Positions 8,246 through 15,700 of a DNA stretch of 32,000 nucleotides are shown piece by piece (within the stretch, counting starts at the first letter, position 1; every line of letters starts with the position of its first letter). The stretch comes from an uncultured bacterium. GTDB lineage: Bacteria > GCA-001730085. The stretch covers positions 90,001 to 122,000 of the forward strand of contig CAZMGY010000012.1 in assembly GCA_964565945.1 (NCBI GenBank), given 5' to 3'. The notes beneath the pieces were generated by a model. The model did not search any database, was not told the DNA's origin, and saw only the letters and a program-made list of their open reading frames with translations. The position numbers and the translations under genes are program-made.

Positions 8246-10570
8246 GTGTGGATGTTTGATAAAGAACTTTCTTATCGAACGAAAGATATCTTTCGTTTAC
8301 TGTTTGGAGCTTTTGCACTTTTTGTTTCCTTTAGTTTTCTATCATTTGATGTGAATGATATCCCTTGGTTGACCACCGAGCTCAACCGTCCTTTGCAAAA
8401 CTACACAGGTGTTGTCGGTGCTTATATGGCTTTTTATGGTCGCTTTTTATTTGGAGATGCGATTTGGGCTATCCCATTGTTGCTCGTGTGTTGGGTGATT
8501 AACAGTACAAAAATAAACACTTATGGCGAGATTTATAAAGAATTTTTAGGAGCTTTTTTTGTTTTATTAACATTGTCGGCCATGCTTTCATTGCACGAAG
8601 ATAGTTTGTCGAGCTTTCTGTTCAAAGGAGGTTTGGTGGGACCTCAAATTGCTGGTTTGTTTATGAGCTCTTTTAGTTATTTGGGATCTATTCTGATTTT
8701 GGGTTTGTTTTTGATTTTGTCTTTGGCTTTGGCAACAGAGTTTTTAATGGTCTCGGCTGTTGTGATTGGAGGGTGCTACCTTGTTCAGGGGCTTCATAAA
8801 GCTGGAACCTGGTTGGTTTCGAAAATGAAATGGTTGCGTTTGAGGCGCAGAGCCTCTACTGAGGAGGATGAAGAAGAATACGAATACGAGTATAAAGAAG
8901 AGAGACATGTGGAGAAAGAATCCGAAGAAGAAAATAAAGAAGAGATTGCCCCGACCGAGAAGCCTTGGTTAAGGATTGTTAAGCCTGTTAAGAAAAAAAC
9001 GAAACAAAAGCGTAAGCCTCCGAAACTTGAGTTTTACGATGGTGAATTGCCTCCAATTAATTTATTGGAAACAAGCGAGGGGACAACGGATGATGGTCAA
9101 AAACGAACTGAGAATATCGAAGAAACGACACGTATTTTGGGAGAAACACTCAAAAGTTTTGATATTGTCGCTGAAGTGGTTGCCGTTAACCAAGGGCCTG
9201 TGATCACGGTTTATGAGGTTCAGCCTGCACCTGGAGTGAAGATTAATCGCATCGTTAATTTGTCAAACGATATTGCCTTGTCGCTAAGCGCGCCATCGGT
9301 CAGAATTGTAGCACCTATTCCAGGTAAGTCGGTGATAGGGATTGAAATTCCAAATAAATTTCCCGAAAAGGTTTATTTTAGAGATTTGATTGAGTCGGAT
9401 GAATTTCAAGACGCTACCAGCAAGTTGTCAATTGTTTTGGGCAAAGATGTGGCGGGTGATCCTATGGTGAATGCTCTGGAGACAATGCCACATCTCTTGA
9501 TAGCGGGTTCGACAGGTTCGGGAAAAACAGTGTGTCTGAATGCTTTGATTATGAGTGTGTTGTACAAGTCCTCTCCCGACGAAGTTAAAATGATTATGGT
9601 TGACCCTAAAATGGTCGAGATGACATTTTACAATGGCATTCCGCATTTGTTGACACCTGTGATTACTAACCCTCGCAAAGCCGCTGACGCACTTATTTGG
9701 GTGGTTTCGGAGATGGAACGTCGCTATGAGCATTTTTCTGATGTTGGTGTTCGCAATATTACGGGTTATCACAAGCGCTTTGAAAATTCAAAAGATAAAA
9801 CTTATAAGTCTAAAAATGGTGAAGAAAAATCTTTGGAAAAAATGCCTTACATTGTCGTGTTCATTGATGAGTTGGCGGATTTAATGATGACTGTTGCTCA
9901 AGATGTGGAAACATCGATTTGTCGTTTGGCGCAGTTATCAAGAGCGGTGGGGATTCATTTGATTATTGCAACCCAACGTCCTTCGGTGAATGTGTTAACA
10001 GGTTTGATCAAATCGAACTTACCTTGCCGTATTTCGTTTCGAGTGGCCTCAAGTATTGATTCTCGCACCATTTTAGATTCCAAGGGAGCTGAGAAGCTTA
10101 TTGGTAAAGGGGATATGTTGTTTATTCCTCCAGGTTTGTCCTCTATGTTGAGGGCACAAGGTTGCTTTTTGGCCGATGAAGAAATTCGGGATGTGGTTGA
10201 TTTTCTTAAAAAGCAGCGAGAGCCAGAGTTTGTTAATATCTTTGCTTCGGCCAAAGCTGTGATTGAATCGAGTGATCGCGATGACTTGTACGAAAAGGCC
10301 GTTAGGCTTGTAATTGAATCGGAGCAAGCTTCGGCGTCTTTTTTACAACGACGCATGCGAATAGGCTATAATAGAGCGTCTCGTCTGATTGATGCGATGG
10401 AGGAAGAAGGTATTATTAGTGCTTCGTGCGGAAGCAAATCTCGGAAAGTTTTGGTTGACTCATATGATTTTTCCGTTGACAACTTTTTGAAGTCCGCTGA
10501 AGCCGACTATGATGCTTATGACAATGATCCTGGAAAAACTGACGAGGAAAAGCCTGAGTATGAAAAATAA
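8246..10570 (+). CDS. ftsK: DNA translocase FtsK/SpoIIIE
   Basis: N-terminal multi-TM region, then an acidic/basic low-complexity linker (EEDEEEYEYEYKEE...KKKTKQKRKPPK). Motor domain has Walker A GSTGSGKT (about 9505-9528) and Walker B VVFIDELADL. C-terminal gamma winged helix (SASFLQRRMRIGYNRASRLIDAMEEEGIIS). The start could be the GTG at 8246 or the ATG at 8252. Confidence 0.9.
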   Translation: MWMFDKELSYRTKDIFRLLFGAFALFVSFSFLSFDVNDIPWLTTELNRPLQNYTGVVGAYMAFYGRFLFGDAIWAIPLLLVCWVINSTKINTYGEIYKEFLGAFFVLLTLSAMLSLHEDSLSSFLFKGGLVGPQIAGLFMSSFSYLGSILILGLFLILSLALATEFLMVSAVVIGGCYLVQGLHKAGTWLVSKMKWLRLRRRASTEEDEEEYEYEYKEERHVEKESEEENKEEIAPTEKPWLRIVKPVKKKTKQKRKPPKLEFYDGELPPINLLETSEGTTDDGQKRTENIEETTRILGETLKSFDIVAEVVAVNQGPVITVYEVQPAPGVKINRIVNLSNDIALSLSAPSVRIVAPIPGKSVIGIEIPNKFPEKVYFRDLIESDEFQDATSKLSIVLGKDVAGDPMVNALETMPHLLIAGSTGSGKTVCLNALIMSVLYKSSPDEVKMIMVDPKMVEMTFYNGIPHLLTPVITNPRKAADALIWVVSEMERRYEHFSDVGVRNITGYHKRFENSKDKTYKSKNGEEKSLEKMPYIVVFIDELADLMMTVAQDVETSICRLAQLSRAVGIHLIIATQRPSVNVLTGLIKSNLPCRISFRVASSIDSRTILDSKGAEKLIGKGDMLFIPPGLSSMLRAQGCFLADEEIRDVVDFLKKQREPEFVNIFASAKAVIESSDRDDLYEKAVRLVIESEQASASFLQRRMRIGYNRASRLIDAMEEEGIISASCGSKSRKVLVDSYDFSVDNFLKSAEADYDAYDNDPGKTDEEKPEYEK

Positions 10571-10588
10571 TATAGGGTTAAAAATAGA

Positions 10589-11404
10589 ATGGTAGGGATA
10601 GGTGAGAAACTTCGCAAATCGCGAGAAGCTCAAGAGTTGTCCTTAGAGCTTATTAGCCGTAAAACTAACCTTAAAAAAGATTTTATTTTAGCTTTAGAAG
10701 ACGAGGATTTTTCTCAATTACCCACGATGATTCATGCCAAAGGTTTTCTAAAGACTTACGTTCAATTCCTTAATTTGAATGCAGATGATATTCTTAAATC
10801 TTTTGATGATCTGGTGGAGCAATCTTTTCGCACAGAGCTTGCGTCAAAAATTCGTTTATCCAGCGAGGCTAGACCTAAGTTAACCTGGATTGATGTGAGA
10901 AACGAGTTTTTTCAGTATTTGTCGTACAGTCAAGACAAAATTAAATTTTTTATTGTGGGGACTATTGTTTTGATTGTGGCTTATTATGGATTGTCGTGGG
11001 GATACCAAAAGGCTAGACCCTTTGTCAACTCTTGGGGGGGGTGGGTCAGTTCTTTGTGGACTTCCTCCAAGAATGCAGAACCATCGGAACAAGCTAATGT
11101 ATCTGAGGTAGTGGATCAAGAAGTTCCTCAAACGCAGCCTGTTTTGGAGCAATTGTTGTTGCAGGTTGATGTGAAAAAGTCCGTTTGGATGTCGTTAACA
11201 GCGGATGGCAATGTTTTGTATGAAGGTGTTATGCAAAAAGGCATGAATGAAATCTGGAAAGCTGAGGATGAGATTGTCATTCGAATCGGTGATGCCAAAG
11301 GTGTGGACTTTTTATTGAATGGACAGGCGATAGAAGAGCTTGAAGAGATGGAGCAAAAAGTATCACGGATTCGTATAACCCCAAAGGGAATTGAATTTCG
11401 ATGA
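10589..11404 (+). CDS. rodZ: RodZ-like cytoskeleton-associated protein (XRE-type HTH + TM + DUF4115-like C-terminus)
   Basis: N-terminal HTH (GEKLRKSREAQELSLELISRKTNLKKDFILALEDEDFSQLP). Single TM (FFIVGTIVLIVAYYGL). C-terminal beta-rich domain (VWMSLTADGNVLYEGVMQKG...IRIGDAKGVDFLLNG). Located directly upstream of pgsA, as ymfM/rodZ is in Bacillus subtilis. Confidence 0.7.
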   Translation: MVGIGEKLRKSREAQELSLELISRKTNLKKDFILALEDEDFSQLPTMIHAKGFLKTYVQFLNLNADDILKSFDDLVEQSFRTELASKIRLSSEARPKLTWIDVRNEFFQYLSYSQDKIKFFIVGTIVLIVAYYGLSWGYQKARPFVNSWGGWVSSLWTSSKNAEPSEQANVSEVVDQEVPQTQPVLEQLLLQVDVKKSVWMSLTADGNVLYEGVMQKGMNEIWKAEDEIVIRIGDAKGVDFLLNGQAIEELEEMEQKVSRIRITPKGIEFR

Positions 11405-11970
11405 ACGGCCCCAATGTTTTGTCTTTGTTAAGAATTGTGATGGCCTTTATTTTTATGGTTTGTGTGCTTATTCCGCAAACATACGCAGCTCTTATGGCTT
11501 TACTTATGTTTGTTTTGGCCTGTGCCACTGATTTTATTGATGGATACTGGGCACGGTCGGCAAAGATCGAGACGAGTTTAGGAGCTTTGTTGGATCCCTT
11601 GGCTGATAAGGTTCTGATTACAGCGGCTCTTGTGACATTTGTAGACTTGGGTTATGTTGTTTCCTGGGTGGTTGTGCTGGTTTTAGCTCGTGAATTTTGT
11701 GTGACTGGCTTAAGGTTGATGGCGATTAAGCAAGGGATTGTTGTTGCGGCATCTGTGTGGGGGAAAATGAAGACCGTTATGCAAATGATGGCTGTGCTGG
11801 TAATTTTATTGTTTCATCTTCAGATCATTTATCAGGCAGAATGGTTGGCTTTTTATCATTTTCGAATGATTATTTACATTGTCACATGGGCAATGTTGCT
11901 GGTAACAGTACTGTCTGGTTGGACGTATGCTGTTGGTTGTAAAAGCTTGTGGACTAAGGAGCTTCGATGA
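11401..11970 (+). CDS. pgsA: CDP-diacylglycerol--glycerol-3-phosphate 3-phosphatidyltransferase
   Basis: CDP-alcohol phosphotransferase motif DFIDGYWARSAKIETSLGALLDPLADKV. Polytopic, 189 aa. Its ATG overlaps the rodZ stop (ATGA at 11401-11404). Confidence 0.85.
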   Translation: MNGPNVLSLLRIVMAFIFMVCVLIPQTYAALMALLMFVLACATDFIDGYWARSAKIETSLGALLDPLADKVLITAALVTFVDLGYVVSWVVVLVLAREFCVTGLRLMAIKQGIVVAASVWGKMKTVMQMMAVLVILLFHLQIIYQAEWLAFYHFRMIIYIVTWAMLLVTVLSGWTYAVGCKSLWTKELR

Positions 11971-12425
11971 AACAAAAATTTGAACATTGTTTGGCATCGT
12001 GGTTTGGCTTAGGTCATGCTCCCGTAGCTTCTGGCACGATTGGCACGCTTGGTGCTGTGCCCCTCTATTGGCTCTATAGTTCGCACACTTTAACCATGTT
12101 GATGTTGCTTGTTATTTTGATCCCTTTAGGGGTGGTGATCTCGAACCGTGTCGTTGACCGTATGGGGGATAAAGATCCATCGATGATTGTGATCGATGAA
12201 GTGGCAGGATTTTTGCTCGCGGTGATTTTCTTTCCCTTCACATGGGTGAACCTTGTTGCTTTGTTTCTTTTATTTCGATTCTTTGATATTGCAAAGTTTT
12301 GGCCCATGAGTGCTTTGGAGCGCTTGCCTCGCGGCTGGGGAGTAATGGCCGATGATTTGGCTGCGGGTATTTTGGCAGCCTTGCTATGGCAGGGAATCAT
12401 TTATGCTTATATCCTTTTGTTCTGA
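11967..12425 (+). CDS. pgpA: Phosphatidylglycerophosphatase A
   Basis: PgpA-family motifs (GLGHAPVASGTIGTLGAVPLYW; DKDPSMIVIDEVAG; FRFFDIAKFWP; GWGVMADDLAAG). Its ATG overlaps the pgsA stop (ATGA at 11967-11970). Confidence 0.85.
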   Translation: MKQKFEHCLASWFGLGHAPVASGTIGTLGAVPLYWLYSSHTLTMLMLLVILIPLGVVISNRVVDRMGDKDPSMIVIDEVAGFLLAVIFFPFTWVNLVALFLLFRFFDIAKFWPMSALERLPRGWGVMADDLAAGILAALLWQGIIYAYILLF

Positions 12426-12627
12426 TCTGATATGGTGCTGTTACTGTGCAGATAGCCGAGGTAAAATGGTTCGGGGTTTATAGAAGTTGACTCAAGCCAA
12501 TCATGTGTGGCTGTGACGGGCATTGTTGGAATCTGGGGGTGGTTCGATTGAGAAGCTGCTAGGAATGGTCACGTTGATGTGATTTGTTTGCGGTCCAAGG
12601 GTGGGAAAAAGCAAATCAAACAGTTAA

Positions 12628-12694
12628 CATGTAATAATATATTGTATATTATTAGAAATTTATTAAAAAATATTGAATAATATTTTATTACATG
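12628..12694. repeat. Nested AT-rich inverted repeats (operator-like) upstream of the giant gene
   Basis: Three repeats:
- Outer IR: CATGTAATAATATATT (12628-12643) against AATATTTTATTACATG (12679-12694), 15 of 16 complementary.
- Inner perfect 10-bp IR: TAATAATATA-ttg-TATATTATTA (12632-12654).
- 8-bp IR: AAAATATT-gaat-AATATTTT (12667-12686). Confidence 0.7.
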
Positions 12695-12701
12695 CTATTA
12701 T
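12673..12701 (+). promoter_or_regulatory. Predicted sigma70-type promoter of the 1622-aa protein gene
   Basis: TTGAAT (12673-12678), 17-nt spacer, TATTAT (12696-12701), about 55 nt upstream of the ATG at 12756. It overlaps the right arms of the palindromes. Pattern match only. Confidence 0.4.
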
Positions 12702-12755
12702 TAAGGGTTGGCGAGGGGTTGTTAGGACAACTAATAAGGTCAAAAGGAGTAGTTT

Positions 12756-15700
12756 ATGAGATCCCTTTTTTCGAGATGGTGGGTGATACTTTTTAGTGCA
12801 ATGTCACTTTTTGTGGTCACGCCAACCTCTCAGGTTCATGCCAGTTTCTGGTCGGACGTAGGCGACTTTTTTACCCAGGATATTCCTGATTTTTTTAAAA
12901 ACATTTTTATACCTTCGACAACTTCTAATGGTCAAAACAATACTTTCCTGTTTCCTGATATTATTGATGAGGCTTCGGGGCCAGATGGATTTCATGTGGT
13001 GAATTTATCGGGCGATCGTGATCGCGATGGTATTGTTCATTTGAAGTGGAACACCAAAAAATTTAGTGGTACGCGTGCTAAGTGTTACCAAATTGTTGTG
13101 CTTGGGCGTCATAACCTCTTGATCAATAGTCCAATTAGTATCGAACAAGATTATTTTATTAAGCCGATCGAGGTTAACGACGATCCTTCAAGCCAAATTC
13201 AAGAGGTTATCATTGATATTCCAGCCTTGCTTGGACCTGGTTTGAAAGAGGATTTAGGGAACTTTGTCGATTTGCCTCGCGACTTTTTGAATGGTCGCAA
13301 CACAACGCTTTATTTTGCTGTGAAAGCTTCGAAAAATAAAGATCTAGTTGATCCAGATAACTTTGTTTCCGATTTAGATCCCCAGGATAATCGTCAGCGA
13401 TTAGACAGTAATGGGAATCCTAAAGTTCTCACTGTTCCGAACTACACTTTTCTGGGTTCTAAGTTTTCGAATGTCTTGCCTGTTTCATTTGAACTTGATT
13501 CTCCTCCTGATAAGCTCAAATTGCTTTTGGTGAAAAAAACAACTCCTCTTGAAGGACACTGTATTTACACTCCACAGCAGCAGTTGCAAAATTTGACTGT
13601 GACTGTGGGAGATGCCTCCAATTCTCGTGAGCTCAACTTGAATTTAGATGATGAAATTGAGTCGGTTTATATCGATCGAGATGGTATTCTTGATATATGG
13701 TTTGTTAAGGAAAAAGATAATTTGATTCCATCCTTTCCTCAATATCAAATTCAATTTAGTAAATGGCCTAAGTTTACGTTCAATAGGGAGACTGATTTTG
13801 ATCGTGCAGTCGTCAATCGTTATTTTATCCAGGGCGAGAAAACCCACTTTTTATACAATAATTTTGACGATTTTTTCTCTCCAAGTGCTGGGGCTGGCGA
13901 GCTTAAATCTTTGACAAGTGACCGCTATTTCGAGAATGGTCACTTGATTCGTCCATTTCATTCTAAAAATTTGGCTGTGAATGGTTTTGAAAGAGATTCT
14001 CAAGGCAGTTTAGATTTTGGACGTCCGACTTATTTTCAGGACAGCGAGTACGGAGCCGTAAATGGCGTTTACTATATTCGTGCCCGTGCCTTAGGTTTAC
14101 CTAGTCGTGAACTTCGTTTGAATCACGATAATCGTTATGGTGACTGGAGTCGCATCGTAGCCGTTAAGGTTGAGCAAAATCCACGCTTGATGGGCATTCA
14201 TTTCACTGAATCTCCTTTTCAAATTGATCAACGTCGTGCGGAAGCAAAGCGTTTGATTCCGGCAGGTTTGGTTCCAGTCAATTTCCGTTTAGACAACAAG
14301 CAAAATTCACGCAATGCTAGTCAATTGATCTATCAAATTGCGGTTTCTCCTCATGCGGATTTGATTGTGAATCTTGAATCATTCAAAGTGGGGGCCAAAG
14401 AAGGACGTAATTTTGGAGATGAGGTCGTTGCGAATCGTTCGGATTATTTTTTAGACTATGTTTTGCCTGATGCTGTTGCATTGGCACCTAATCCGAATTA
14501 TACAGTGAATATGTTATTCAATTCGGGTGTTGTTCCAGCGGGACGCTACTATCTTTGGATTAGAACTGTGTTGAATGAGCCTGATGCTATTCCTTCTTTG
14601 TGGAGTGCTCCAGTTTCGGTGGATTTGCCACGATTTGAGCAACTGCTGTCGCCAAGACCTGATTTGAAGCCTATCATTGCTAGCATATCTGATCTCAATA
14701 AAGGTTTTGTTCCTTTATCGTGGTCGTTACACGACGTTCAGCCCATAGATCCCCGAAATAGTCAATACACCAACAATCAAGATGGCAATAATATTCACTT
14801 CATTCCATCTTACCAGGTTTTGGTTTATAACCGCGAAGATGTTAACCCTGTCGGAGATGGCGGATATATCAAATTTTGTGATGACAATAGTAATGGCATC
14901 AATGACTGGGTCGAAATTCAGTGCGAAGGTGGTGCTGGGAAGGCCTATTCGACGTACACTGTGACGCCTCAGCAGTTTGAACAAGCATCTGTGGCCGAAA
15001 ATCAGCGCGATGTTTTGTACCGTGTTCCCCTTTTAACGATTCCAGTTGTTCCTGACAAGGACAGTCAAAGCATGTTTGAACAAAGAATTCAGGTGATTGA
15101 ACCAGGCTTATATGATTTTTATGTGATTTCCAATAGAATAACTGGTCATCAAAGCTTGGTGAGTCAGGGGCAGAGCCTTTCAATTTCAACTCGCATTGAA
15201 CCTAGGCCATTACCTCCAAGAACTCAAATAGGGGATGTTGATTTAGGAGATCTTAAAGTGACACATGGACAAATTCCTTTGAATTGGACAATGCAAGCGA
15301 CACCGAGTGATCCAAGAAATGCTGTTTATCGTGAAAAAAGTCTGGAAGAAGGATCTTTACAACGACACATTCCTTTTTATCAGCTACTTATTTATCGCAC
15401 TGATTTTGGACAGAACTTATCCGATGACCAATTGCCTTATGCACGTCGTCGAGTGATTGTGGCTGACTTTGAAGGTGTTGTGCGCCAGCACACGATGCTC
15501 TACAATGATTTGATTTCGCGTGGCTATATTTCTGCGCAGGGGGATGTGTTACCAGCTTTTAGTAATTTAACCTCGACCAATCAGTTTGTGGTGAGTGCCA
15601 GTTTTATGCCTCAAAAGCAACGAATTTACAATATCTTGTGTGTAGCTTATTTTGCTTTGAAAGAGGTGGATGTTAATAAGGACGAGGTGAATAATTTTAC

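Noticed and set aside
8852-8935. Purine-rich low-complexity DNA (EEDEEEYEYEYKEERHVEKESEEENKEE) suggesting a repeat element
   Set aside because: It is the in-frame charged linker between the FtsK membrane and motor domains. Such linkers are typically low-complexity.
12541-12552. GGTTCGATT T-loop-like sequence (possible tRNA)
   Set aside because: Flanking bases do not form a T-stem, and no acceptor or anticodon arms can be drawn. Not a tRNA.
12503-12562. Cys-rich 19-aa micro-ORF MCGCDGHCWNLGVVRLRSC
   Set aside because: No Shine-Dalgarno sequence, no adjacent maturation or export genes, and ORFs of this length arise easily by chance.
12426-12627. Possible c-di-GMP (GEMM-type) or other riboswitch in the GC-normal part of the long leader of the giant gene
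   Set aside because: It is attractive given the GGDEF density, but I could not find the conserved GEMM elements (GNRA tetraloop/receptor pair, conserved ACGCACAGGGCAAACC-like core). The predicted promoter would also place this segment upstream of the TSS. Only a weak GTGAC...GTCAC / CATT...AATG pairing (12514-12573) is present. A cmscan against Rfam is needed to settle it.
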